Below, piece by piece: positions 48,325 through 60,112 of a stretch of DNA of 64,000 nucleotides. Position numbers and translations under genes: made by a program. Origin of the DNA: Squalus acanthias (taxonomy: Eukaryota); NCBI GenBank assembly GCA_030390025.1, contig CM059432.1, positions 31,436,001-31,500,000 on the forward strand. The letters run 5' to 3'. The notes under the pieces are model-generated. The model saw only the letters and a program-made list of their open reading frames with translations, was not told the origin of the DNA and made no database searches. Positions within the stretch are counted from its first letter, which is position 1. Each line of letters begins with the position of its first letter.

Positions 48325-50201
48325 CTACTTTTTGCCCTTCGAGGGTGATCTCCATCCCCTGCACACTTCCCCGCTTCCCTACTGCTCCTCCGTAATGGGG
48401 TCCCAGTGGCTGCAGCAAGGCTGGTGGAAGGCTGCTGAATGTCAGTTCCAGAGACTGCAGATGCCCTTGAAGGACGCCCTCGACCAACTCTGGGCTTGGA
48501 GGCCCCCGGCTGTAGACTGCACCAACTCTGCAGGAGCGACAGCAGTCTGGGCTGGCTGTGTTGCAGGCCGTGGCATGTGCAATGGGGAAGTGCCAGTGGT
48601 GGGAGCAGGAAGGTGTTCTCATCCTGAGAGAGGACAGCACCTTCCTGCTCGACCGACACACTGGCACTCCCACAGGGCAGTACCTCAGCATCCGGAGCAA
48701 TCTGCTCGAGCACAGATTGCTGGCCTGCTGTGGCACCGTGAGAGCCCCGGGGCAACGTGGCCGACCCAGCAAGGATGGCAGCAGTCAGTGCTTGCGTGAC
48801 ATCAATCTGAGACTGCATGAGAGCAGTCTGAGACTGGATGGCACCAGCCAATGACTGAATTGCAGCACTAAGCCATTGCGTTGCGTCAGCCTGTGCTGCA
48901 GCGGAGTGCTCCACACTCCTAACCAGTCCATCCATGCTTTCGGGCACCCTTGCCATTGCACCCATGAGCAGAGTGTGCATGCTCAAGGCCTGGCTATTCG
49001 TGGCCGCGATGTCGAGGTCCTCCTCTGAGTCCTATGAAGCAGGACTCGCTTGCCTACGCACTCTCCGGGGAGATGGCCCCCGAGCTTCCCTACCCCCATG
49101 GCATTGCTGCAGCCCACTGGGTCCAGGAGCTTCACCCTCATCAGACCCTTCCACCCACTCCCCTCCATGGAAGGCGTGGTCCCAGTGTGGGCATGGGCTC
49201 CCTCGGGAGACGCTGGCGGTGAGGCTCCGACTTCCGATTCCTCCTCGCCTGGGGCATCGCTGCCACTGGCAGGTTGAGGGACAGGCTGGTCAGCTGGTGG
49301 TTCACTATCTGAAAGCAGGGAGGTACAAGAGTGGCTTTAGCATCAGGACAGGGGGCAGTAAGGGAGCAAGGATTGGAGACAGTTAGTAAGTTGGATTGAA
49401 ATTGTAAAAGGCTGGTGTTGTGAGGGGCAAGTGGAATGAGAGTGGCGAGAAAGCTGATGAACATACCATTGTTGTCTCCAGCGGCCACAGCAACTATGAC
49501 CTGGCTGGCAATGATTCTGTGCATGCGCGCCTCCAAATCGGTGAGGGTGTGTAGGTCAGCCGGTCCTCCTCCCGTGCGTTGCTGCTCCCACCTGTTATGC
49601 GAAAGCTTGGCCTACAAGAAAAAGGACGGCGTCTGAGTGACTATGCAGCCATGTGCTTCCCTGATGTGCCTCCCATATTTGAATAGTCCTTAATGTATGC
49701 AGCCATGTGCTTGCCTGATGTGCCTCCCGTAGTTGAATAGCTCTTAATGTATGCAGCCATGTGCTTGCCTGATGTGCCTCCCATAGTTGAATAGCCCTTA
49801 ATATATGCAAGGTGTGGAATGTGGGTGTGTGTTTTATGAGATGGCCATAGGTCTTGGATGAGTGTTGGGCATTTGGGGTTTTTAAACCCTCTGGGCACAG
49901 AGTGAAGTTGAGATGGAGGGATGTAGAGGTATTGAAAAGCAGCCACTCACCCTCATCACCTGAGTGAGGTTGTTGAACTTCTTACGACATTGGGTGTGGG
50001 TCCTCAGTACCAGGCTCCTGGAGGAGATGTGCTGAGCCACCACCCTCCAGACTCTTCTGTATTCACGGGAAATGGCCTCCTGCCACTCTGTGGGTAGAGC
50101 AGTGCACGTCGCCGCTCCACAGCGCCAACCAGAGCCACCAAGGCCTGGTCGCTGAAGCACTGAGCTCTTTCCCTGGGCCTCTCGATTGGTGGTTCCAGCA
50201 T
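48325..50201 (-). pseudogene. Harbinger Myb/SANT-like partner gene; exons 50201-49951, 49611-49467 and 49308-~48325
   Basis: MLEPPIERPRERAQCFSDQALVALVGAVERRRALLYP..W..RTHTQCRKKFNNL (trihelix/MSANTD-like). GT-AG sites sit at the same positions as in copies 1 and 2. Confidence 0.85.
49640..49810. repeat. Three tandem ~54-bp units in intron 1 of the partner gene
   Basis: TATGCAGCCATGTGCTTGCCTGATGTGCCTCCCATAGTTGAATAGCCCTTAATG repeated three times. Confidence 0.9.
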
Positions 50202-50589
50202 ATTGCTTTCGAGGTCTCTCCAGGCCGAGATTCAAGGCTGCAATGAGCAGGGTGTGGCTGGCCAGCAACATGGACCCTCCCCTTTAAGAACTGCCCGGCG
50301 CCAGTCTGTCTGTGTTCCATTGCTAACTGACATCAGTTGAGCTTCGGTAGCGCTCTGAGGTAGCGCCTCGCTCCTCGATGTTAGTGCCTTAAGACAGGTG
50401 TGTAGCACCTGATTTAGCGCTCCAATCACCTCCAGGGGCGATAGAGGCCAATTTTGCAGTCTGAGGCGATAATTAGCACCGGGTGCTAAACTTTGCGCCC
50501 GGCCGATAATAGCGCCCCAAATGGGGCGATACCGAATTTCTCCCCCTTAGTGTCTACCTGGCTAGGCAGGTGGGGACTAAATCCCTCAG

Positions 50590-50972
50590 GGATGAAGGAC
50601 TTCAGTTATGTGGTGAGACTAGAGAAGCTGGGATTGTACTCCTTAGAGCAGAGAGGTTAAGGGGAGATTTAATAGAAATGTTCAAAGTTATGAAGGGTTT
50701 TGATAGAGTAAATAAAGAGAAATTGTTTCCACTGGCAGGAGGGTGGGTAACCAGAGGACACAGATGTAAGGTAATTGGCAAAAGAACCAGAGGTGAGATG
50801 AGGAGAATTTTTTTTATGCAGCGAGTTGTTATGATCGGGAATGCACTGCCTGAAAGGGCGGTGGAAGCAGATTCAATAATAACTTTCAAAAGGGAATTGG
50901 ATAAATACTTGAAAGGGAACATTTTGGAGGGCTATGGGGAAGGAGCAGGGGAGTGGGACTATTCATAGATTC
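50590..50972 (+). mobile_element. CR1 3' fragment
   Basis: RLRGDLIEMFKVMKGFDRVNKEKLFP..FKRELDKYL. Confidence 0.88.
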
Positions 50973-50975
50973 TAT

Positions 50976-51753
50976 GGGGGTAATTTTAACCCTCCCCCCG
51001 AGGGCGGGTGGGGTTGGGTGGGGGGTTAAAAATTTAAAAACAGCAAACCCGACTCCAACCTGCCTCCAGTTGCCCACATCCGATTTTGACAGAGGTGGTT
51101 CGGGGGCAGGCGAGCAATCTGCTCTCAGGAGGCGGGTCGGTTAGTAAAATATTTTAAGGAGGTTGTGTGCCTCCATTTAACAGGAAACCCGGCAGATGAA
51201 AGGAGGCGAGCAGGGCCGGTCGATGAGGTAAGTGCCTTTATTGCACTGCTTGTGGGCCAGGAGGAGCAGGAGTACTTACACCCCGGCCCACCAAGCTTAT
51301 CTTTTAAACACTCTGCGGTTGTCCGACCCCACCCACCCCAATGTCTAATCCCTCCCCACGATGTTCGATAGCCCCGCAATGTTTGATTACCCCCCGCGCA
51401 ATGCTCGATACCCCCCCGGCCCACCCCCCGGGGTGTTTGATACCCCCTACCCCTCTGTGATGTTTGTTAACACCCCGCCCTCGTGATGTTCGATACGCCT
51501 GACCCTCACGATATTCGAAAACCCCACCCCCGTGATGCTCGCTACCCCCCACCGCCCCATGACGTTCGATACCCCCACCCGCCTGACAGTCAGCCATTCG
51601 GGTGGGAAACCTGTTGAGTTAATTTAAAAACAGGTCCTGCCATTAACTACGGCCGGACCAGCGGGAAATCCTTACTTCCGGGTTTTCCATTCGCGAATCC
51701 TCCCCACCCACCCCACCACGCTCTCTTCCCTACTCCGAGTTATTATCGTGCTC
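50976..51753. mobile_element. Harbinger-type MITE with C-rich tandem repeats
   Basis: Starts GGGGGTAATTTTAAC and is bounded by TAT on both sides. The right TIR is degenerate. Internal GATGTTCGATACCCCC repeats at ~51340-51590. Confidence 0.7.
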
Positions 51754-51756
51754 TAT

Positions 51757-52497
51757 GGGCTGGATTTTGATACTGGGGCGGGTTGGGGTCGTGTCATCTG
51801 TATTTCATGTTATCCACCCGCCTGCAATTGGATGTGGGAGATTGATGGAATTTTCACTTAATTGGGCAATTGAGTTCCAGCATGTGGGAACCCATGAACC
51901 AATTAGTGGTTTCAGTCTGAAAGTCGCCTCTGATGATGTCATCATTGCAGGTCAGAGACTGCCTGGTCTCAGAGATTGCCTGGCCTTTGCTGTGAGAGGA
52001 CCTGGATGCAAAATGAGCAGCATCAGAGAGAGAGAGAGAAAGAATGAGAATTTTTTTTGCAACCAAGTCCTCCCAGGCAGTCTCTGAAGACATTCAATGC
52101 AGCAGCATCAGAGGCGACTTTCAGATCTAATACTACTACTACCTTCATCACAATACTACTACTACCTTCATCACATCTCCGTTGCAGCTGATAGTCAGCT
52201 ATCTACTTGTGCTCCCGCCAAGTTTCACTGGCGTGTTTCACATCAGGCGTACTTCACGTCGGAAAAGGGTTAAACTAGCTAAAACGTTTCAAAATGGCAT
52301 TACAGAGCCAATTTAGGGCTTGTTAAGGGCTTTATTTGCCTCTCCCGCCTCTTGGAGGCGGGACGGAGTCGGGAACCCCGCGACCGATTTTGTCAAAATT
52401 GCATGGAGTCGGGATGGGGACGGGACCCCCGAATCTACAACTTTAACCCCCCACACGCCTCCAAACCCGACTCCACGGGTCATTGAAAATCCAGCCC
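51757..52497. mobile_element. MITE family M1
   Basis: TIR GGGCTGGATTTT...AAAATCCAGCCC with TSD TAT. Confidence 0.92.
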
Positions 52498-53074
52498 TAT
52501 GACTTTCCCATTTCAGTCTCTTAAATGTCAATTCCCAGCTGAGATAGAGGCCAACTGCAAAGTAAAGCTCCTTCTACTCTATCACCAGCAACATGCCTTA
52601 CCTCAACCTTAGAAGAACAGCAGTGTGATAGACTCGTTTCTTCCAGCCATCCCTGTAGCCTTTCTGACTGAAATTACCTATCAGGAGCCGAAATAGGAGC
52701 AGTTTTGTACTTTGGGCTCAAAGCTCAAATCTGGGTTCAAACTACCCAAAGTGCTTTTATGTAAGACCCTTAACACTTGCAGGGAGAATAAATTTTCATC
52801 CCTTTGGTCTAAACCAGAATCGATCCTCAGTGTGTCTTTTTGCTAATTCAGATGCACGTTGTCACCAAAATAACTCACCCTGAGGCTGTGATGTTATTTA
52901 GATTCTCTGGGATACACTGAATGAAGCTAGCAGAGCTGACCTAATGAGAAACAGGAAGGGAAAAAAGGCCAGGTGGGCCACAACCCAGGCTCAGTGGTAT
53001 ATTGGGGTTAGCAACTTCCCAGTCGTGCTTTATGGGGTGCAGAATTCATTGTGACTCTTTGTATGTCTTTCCAG

Positions 53075-53640
53075 CCATGCTCAGTGGTAGCACTCTCGCC
53101 TCTGAGTCACAAAGTCGTGTGTTCAAGTCCCACTCCAGAGACTTAAGCACATAATCCAAGCTGACACTTCAGTACTGAAGGAGTGAAAGAAAAAAAGACT
53201 TGCAATTTATTTAGCTCCTATCACGATCTCAGAACGTCCCAAAGCGCTTTATAGTCAATGAAGTACACGTGAAGTGGAGTAACTGTTGTAGTGTAGGAAA
53301 CCCGGCGGCCAATTTGCATATAGCAAGCTCCCACAAACAGCAATGTGATGATGACCAGATAATCTGTTTTTGTGATGTTGATTGAAGTATAAATATTGGC
53401 CAGGACACCAGGGATAATTCCCCTGCTCTTCTTCAAAACAGTGCCATGGGATCTTTTGCATCCACCTTAGAGAGCAGACAAGGTTTAATGTCTCATCGGA
53501 AAGACAGCACCTCCAACAGTGCAGCACTGGAGTGTCGGCCTAGATTTTTGTGCTCAAGTCTCATAGGGTGGGACTGTGAACCTCACAACCTTCTAACTCA
53601 GAGGCAAGAGTGCTACCAACTGAGCCACAGCTGACACCAT
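53075..53640. mobile_element. Deu-SINE head (+, 53075-53185) abutting a near full-length Deu-SINE (-, 53190-53640)
   Basis: GCTCAGTGGTAGCACTCTCGCCTCTGAGTCA head in both orientations, with the Deu-like core on minus. Confidence 0.8.
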
Positions 53641-53974
53641 GAGTACCTACATTCAAAGCGCATGGGCCACTGCCAACCAACGATTCCCCAATCCAGCCAC
53701 TGCTAACTCCTGACCCGATCGCCCACTCTCCCAATCCAATCACCACCCCCACCTTCCTGATCGGCTTTAACCACTTAACTGAGGACCAATCCTGGCATCG
53801 CAGCGGCCCAGTCTTCTATTCCGCTTCACCGCAGGCTGCCTGGGACGCCTATTGGGGATCTGCATCTCGCCGGCTCAATGATAATGAGGCCTGAAGCTCA
53901 ATATCGGGTGCACCTCGGGCCTCACCCTTCAGACGCAGGAATTGCTCAATGGGCATGCTCGAATTTTGAGGCCA

Positions 53975-54190
53975 ATGTAGAGTGGGACTGGAGTCACGTG
54001 TAAACCCGATGGGGATGGCAGGTTTCCTTCCCTGAAGAACATTTGTGAGTTTTTGCAGCATCTTTCATGGTCCTTTTTCTCTGGTGCTGCCTGATTTAGT
54101 GAATTCAGATTGATAACTTGCTAAAGTGGAATTTGAATTTATGACCTCTGCCCTCCTAGCCCACTACCGTAATTACTATGCTAGCATACC
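53975..54190 (-). mobile_element. Decayed copy of the family B tRNA-like head and core
   Basis: GATGGCAGGTTTCCTTCCCTGAAGAACATT and ATTTGAATTTATGACCTC are reverse complements of segments of 16260-16450. Confidence 0.6.
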
Positions 54191-54809
54191 TTTAACTGTG
54201 TTCTGCTATTAGTAAACATGTTAACATGTTGTAATTAGAATTCTTTCATCCACTATTTTGCCAGAGAGTGTTTATTTTAATCAAAAATTGGCACACAACT
54301 TTTTAAACTATGTTATTTTTTGTTAGTGAACTTTTCTGCTCATCAAATTGAGGAGTGCCAGTGCAGGGAATGGGACCCTGGTTGATAACATCAAGCAAGA
54401 GAGGTGAAGCATGGGTTAAATACAGAGTAAAAGGAATTAGTCCGGGTTCCCGCTGCTGATTGTTAGTCACTGACTGTTCTTGTAAAGTGTGCATGTTTAG
54501 CGATCAGATGAATGCACCAACACTCTCCATCGAGGCTTACATATAAACACTGGCCACTTAAGCAAGGTAATAGGGAGTTACTAATGACAGTGGAACCGTA
54601 CATCAGCAAGAGGAGGGGAGAAAACTGACAAAGCAGAAACGAGAACAAACATACAAGAATTTGGATTCCTTTTTGTTCCAAATATCATTTCCTTCATAAC
54701 GTTCCCTGAATATCAACACTGCCCTCTACAGTCATCATAGTGCAACACTCGGTCTCTTCACAGAAGTCATTCTGGATGTTTCATAGTACTTTATGATGGT
54801 CCAGTGTGT

Positions 54810-55165
54810 CGGCCTTAGATCAGTGGTGCCATTCTTTCTTCTGAGCCAGAAGATCATGGGTACAAGTCCCACGTCAGAGACTTGAGCATCTAATCTAGGC
54901 TGACACTTCAGTGCAGTATTGTGGGAGTCCTGTACTGTTGGCGATCCCATCTTTCGGATGAGCCATTAATCGAGGCCCTGATCCCTCTCAGAAGAACATA
55001 AAAAATCCCACGACACTATTTAATAGAAGAACCCGCTGTGCTGGCCAATGCCTAAAACTGCTGTTTGTGGGATCTTGCTGTGTGAAAATTGGCCACAGTA
55101 TTTCCCTACATTACAAAAGTGACTACACTTCAAAAGGACTTCATTGGCACTTTGGGATGTCAGTT
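54810..55165 (+). mobile_element. Decayed Deu-SINE
   Basis: Similar to 9425-9815 (TCTAGGCTGACACTTCAGTGCAGTA, CTGGCCAA, CCTACATTACAA). Confidence 0.7.
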
Positions 55166-56174
55166 CTTTCCTCTTTATTTATATCCTTACCATTGATGGA
55201 TATGAGGTTCTCTATTAAGAGATCTTCACTCAGTTTTGCTTCTTGCTTGTGGTGGGAAAACCATTTAATTCATAGAATATTTGTCAAACTAAATTGTTAC
55301 TCTAGCCTGAGTTAGTTTTTAGACCCTAATAGGCTAAATATACATTGGGTTTTTCCAGACCCCTTTAAACAAGTTGGAAACTAGGAAACACTGAGATGTC
55401 GGTTTAATGCTTTTTAATTATATTACACAACCCACTACATACATTGACCATGAGATTACTGGTACAGACAGATACTCAAGGGAGGCCTCATCAGGATCAG
55501 TTGTAAGGGGATAATTTTAATCTGTTTACACTGGTTGGAACTAGAAGTTTCAAGTCCCCTGAACTTTTGTGTGTTGTATCATTTATAGTGTTAGTAACGT
55601 GTTGCTAGCGTGATGATAACATGTCAACATGTTCTGGTTATTTTTAATTAATATGTAACCCGTTAACCCATTAAGCCACCGTGTAAATTATGTAATCCTC
55701 TTTAGTGCACCTGTGCAGCACTATCATTGCTTTTCTCATGGTTTGTACCTTACTATCTTATCTTTTCTCATACCTTTCTTATTAGTCTATTGTATTCGGA
55801 AATCTTCCGATCATCTCCTGACTGCTTCGCTCGATGCCTAGACCACACGATGTATGCCCTTGCAGATTATTAGTCCATTAATGTCTGTTCAAGGGTTCTA
55901 ATCTTGTCCTGAATATGACTTCTTAGAATCTGCTTATATTACAGATTCTAGCTTTAATATGTGTAAGTGCCTTTGATATTGAGAAATTTTTTAATTAAAG
56001 TTATTAGAATTATTATGGTCTTTCCCACATGGCCTGCCCCTGTCTACAGCCTGGCCTTAAGATGACACATAAGAGCTTAATAGCCTCTATCCTAGAATTT
56101 TCTTATGGAAGTTTTAACAGTCTCAGTGTGCTATTTTTGTATAAGCAAATTGACTGGAGGTGATCATAATGATA

Positions 56175-56426
56175 TAACAACAGAAAATGCTGGAAAAACT
56201 CAGCAGGCCAGGCAGCATCCGTGGAGAGAGAAACAGAGTTAACGTTTCAGGTCGAAGACCTTTCGTCAGAACTGGAAAAAAGCTTTTTTCCAGTTCTGAC
56301 GAAAGGTCTTCGACCTGAAACGTTAACTCTGTTTCTCTCTCCACGGATGCTGCCTGGCCTGCTGAGTTTTTCCAGCGTTTTCGGTTGTTATTTCGGATTT
56401 CCAGCATCCGCAGTATTTTGCTATCA
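56175..56426. mobile_element. Penelope P1 pLTR insertion forming a spacerless inverted duplication
   Basis: Arms 56175-56282 and 56283-56390 differ at about two positions. Flanking repeat TGATCATAA(T/C)GATA at 56161-56174 and 56427-56440. The sequence matches 46440-46550. Confidence 0.93.
56292..56328 (+). ncRNA. Minimal hammerhead ribozyme motif (mirror copy on minus at 56237-56273)
   Basis: AGTT-CTGACGA-A-AGGTC-TTC-GACCT-GAAACGTT-AACT. Confidence 0.72.
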
Positions 56427-57185
56427 TGATCATAACGATACATTGAAGTATTTGACTTCTCCCAGCACTTCAAACATGGTTCAATTTGGACAGAGCTGCT
56501 TGATTTTTATTTTAAATTGAAGCTAAATTGCCCTTTTCATTCTTCCCATTGTTCTCCATAGGCCACAAATAAACTGTGCAGGCATGTTTGCCCTTAGGCC
56601 GCAGCTGGTGCAACTTTCAATCAACTTCGAGAAGGTGCACTCGGACCACAGGAATGTATAGGACTGGAAGAGGACATTGCAGACCATCTGGCTGGTTCGA
56701 AAATTACTATTATTACATTACTCCATCTTTCATTTCCGTCACTTTCCCTGCCAACTATCTATCCAGTTCCCTCTTGAATTTACCAACCTCATCCACCTCC
56801 ACTAGCAGCCTTCCATGTCGAGTAGGTAAAGTTGGTGGGCAAGAGTCAGCCGTCCTTCCAATCTGTGCCCACCCCTATAGAAAATGAGAAAGTTCATTAA
56901 TTTTGAAACTAACATTTATTTCTTAATAACAGCTGTACACACCAAAGAGTGTCACAACACCACAGATAAAACACATGTAGGAAATCCATCCCACCCCTCA
57001 AACAACAGCAAAAGAAAACAAGGAAAGTGCTTGGAGCTACCAGCAGACATGCCAACTCTTCTGAATTTATCACTAGAGACGCGATTTCTAAGTAAAATTA
57101 CTCATGATCTCGCGATAGAACTCTCAAACCTCTGGATTTTTTTTTCTACTGGCGTGATTCGCATGAAGCTTCTCAATAGTCATGA

Positions 57186-57665
57186 CGGAAAAGGAAAATC
57201 AAAAGTAAGTGGCACCACTATAGGTGCAAATACAATGCAGACTGGAGCAGTTCCTACCCAGTAAAAAACAGCAGACTTTCAGATGAACACGCATTTTGTC
57301 TTGTTTGTTCTGAGGACATCAGCATTGGGAATTGTGAAGTAAACGACCTCAAAAAGCAATTGGAAGCACGGAAGTCGGGCTGCGGCCTCGAAAACGCAAC
57401 AGTCAATAACAGGCTTTTTTAGCCCAGTTCAGCAGACTTTAGGTCAGAAGGTTACAAATGCTGAAGTACTTTTTTGCCAAGTCATTGCAGAATATGACTT
57501 GCTGATTGCATTTACAGATCATTTCACAAAACTTGTAAAGCTGATCTTTCCCGATTCAAACATTGCAAAAGAATTTTCCTGTGGGAGAACAAAAGCCACG
57601 GCAATAATAAAAGCTCGAGTCAACCACCATTCTGAATCAGTTGTAACATTTGCAAAAAGTTTTCT
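57186..57665 (+). pseudogene. hAT-superfamily transposase N-terminal fossil
   Basis: Manual translation gives YRCKYNADW..YP..AFCLVCSEDISI (zinc-finger remnant), then after a frameshift VTNAEVLFCQVIAEYDL..DHFTKLVKLIFPDSNIAKEFSCGRTKATAII. Confidence 0.75.
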
Positions 57666-58441
57666 GTAAGCCATTTTCAGATGCAGTAATATAGTTTCGT
57701 AAAGAGCTCTGACCTGTTAGAAATTAATTAAGCCACTAATGAGTTAATAAACCAGCTGTCAATCTATATTGGTTTATGTTTGAAAAAAATAGCAACTCAG
57801 GATTTATACAGGGGGTTGGCATTACTGTACCAGCCGCGGTGTACACAGTGCAAGGGTAGAAGGTCGCGACCTCACTTATGAGAATCCCACCAAATGCACG
57901 ATTGTTGATCAGCCTGTTAATAGGTTAGTGCACTGTATGATACTGAGGTGTAACAGAGATATAATGCATGGCGTCAATCAGTAGCAGGAATAGTGATTAA
58001 ACTGACTCCCCATATCCTATCAGGGAACAGCAGGGAAATTGAAGTCTCAAATTGTAGCCTTGTTCTTCAAATCAGTTTCCCAGTACATTACCAGGGTAGT
58101 ATCCATTGCTTGGTGAATGATGAAGTACATTCTGTTTAGTCCTATGTTAATCAGTGCTAACAATGTAACTCATTACTGTGACCATCTCCTGCTTCATGTA
58201 ATAATGGATTGCCTTCTATTCATTCAGCCCTAATCATTGCATGACAATATTTAAATATTCTCCTCTGAAAAATGCTAATTAATCTTCATTATAAGAATAA
58301 ATCATTTTAAGAAATTGTGCTTGTCAAGGTTGGATATGTTATTGCTGAGGAATGGAACACTTTCCTGATTCAGAGACCCACTTCCAGCATCAAGCACTTC
58401 CAGCTCAGTTTCACTATAGCACAGCCCAACCTCAAAAGGTC

Positions 58442-60112
58442 TGTAAGGGGTGACCTGCGGCTCTGTGCTTAGCCTAGGTGCTAGTGCGAGGTTAGGCCTT
58501 GTTGCCTGTTCTGGTCTCCAGTCAGCCTGGTAACACTAGACACCTGTGAGTGGTTCGACCCACTCGCCCTTACGGTTCTGACACTGGACTTAGGTGCGAG
58601 AGCAATAATGCAGAGAAAACTCAGGTAGACCCGGTTGAATAGTGCGAAATGGAAAATCTTTATTGCATATTATTCAAGATTACGAGATACATGTCATAAG
58701 CACAGATTAATGACAGTACAATCTTACACACAGTTATGTAACTAATTTTAGGGAAACGAGGAGCGCATGACACATCGTAAAAGGGGGCACACATTACAAT
58801 TATCCTTAAAACTCAAACCCTCCCCTTTCAATACCTGTCCTAAACTAGATTTGTAGGATCGAGACTCATGCTCACCACTCGTGATAACTCGGAGAATTCC
58901 GAAACTCTGCTCGGATGTTTTTACCGCAGCACCTGACTATCCACGTGTTGATCAGGGGTCTCTGTACCCCACTTGTTTACTCGCTTCTGCTCCGGCTAGC
59001 AGGCTGGACCGTCTGCTGTCATGAAGATCTGTGTTGTCCTCGGAGTTCCGACACTACTCAAAAAAGAATCTTCCTGTGCCCTCACCAGTTTGTAAAACTC
59101 AAAGAATGGTCTTCCTGGGCAAGGAAAGTGTTTATTCGACTTACAGGCGCGGTCGGGGCTTACTGACCGTGGCGATACGTATTGTCGTCTTCTTCTCTTC
59201 TCATCTCATCTCATCTCATCTCATCTCCTCTCGGGGCTTCGGTTCCAACACCGTTTACCGACTTCTCGGGATGGTGTGCCCGCTTCCAGGCCTCACAGCC
59301 CAGTTCTACACAGATCTTCGCGGCAAGCCATGAGGTTGATCCTAGCGGATCAGAGTCCAGAGCCGTCAGGCAAGAGAATAAAAGTTCAATAGTCTTCCAG
59401 CGAGTCAAAACAGCAAGAGCAGCAAGAGGCAGGCGGCAAGAGACAAGAGCAAGAGCAAGAGAAACAAGAGAAACAAGAGACAGATGGACGGCTGTACCTT
59501 ACAGTTATAGTGCTGTAATTCCTCTTTTCCCGCCCAATCTTACTGTCTATCCTTTGTCAGGGTTTTGGCGCTCAAACTTCTTGTATAGGGTGATCTCCGT
59601 TTTTAATGGGTTTCGGTGATACTTGTAACTGTCTGAGTACCCGTTAATACTTCTCCCATTGTGGAACCGGCCAGTATTCTCCCTGGAGGGGTTTTGGGGC
59701 TTCCAAATGCTTTCTGTAACTACCCGCAAACGGCTCTCTCATCGTAGAGTCGTGGGGATTTTGCATATTAATGTCTTTGGATGGGTCCTTGATCGCTCGG
59801 TACAATAGCCCTTATTCGCACCTGGGAGACCGATTCCAGTATTTATGTATAAAATGCAAACCCATTATGTCTTGTCAATTATCTCAAATGTGCTGAGTCC
59901 TGTACGATCTTGCACAAATGTTTATTGGAACGCCATCTTGTCTGCTCATTGAAAGTCTAGAACGTTCTGCCACGAGGCGTGGCGGCCATTTTACAGGCTG
60001 TTTGTGTCCGCTTTGAAAACCTGACAGCATTCTGCTGAAATAAAGCTGTTTGTACGAAACTTTATGTCTCCTTCTTATTTTATAAAATCGCGATAATTTT
60101 GCGAATTCTACA
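58442..60112. mobile_element. Long solo LTR (1671 bp)
   Basis: TGTA...TACA termini with an exact 4-bp TSD GGTC (58438-58441 and 60113-60116). Non-coding and CpG-rich. Orientation is ambiguous. Confidence 0.82.

Larger units (their letters stand above)
44817..50546 (+). mobile_element. Complete-ended Harbinger copy 3
   Basis: TIRs GGGGGAAAAATTCAGT and ACCGAATTTCTCCCCC (14/16 match) with TSD TTA at 44814-44816 and 50547-50549. Two convergent genes. Confidence 0.95.

Noticed and set aside
49640..49810. CRISPR-like array
   Set aside because: Head-to-tail repeats without unique spacers, in a eukaryotic context with no cas genes.
55502..56029. Possible third solo LTR (TGTAAGGGG...TTCCCACA, ATTAAA near the end)
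   Set aside because: No matching TSD and no second copy in the window, so support is insufficient.
56123..56520. Two opposite ORFs sharing an identical peptide (ERETELTFQVEDL...)
   Set aside because: A consequence of the DNA palindrome, not genes.
56540..56700. Strong plus-strand splice acceptor (TTCTCCATAG|G)
   Set aside because: All three downstream frames close quickly and no convincing donor or recognisable peptide follows.
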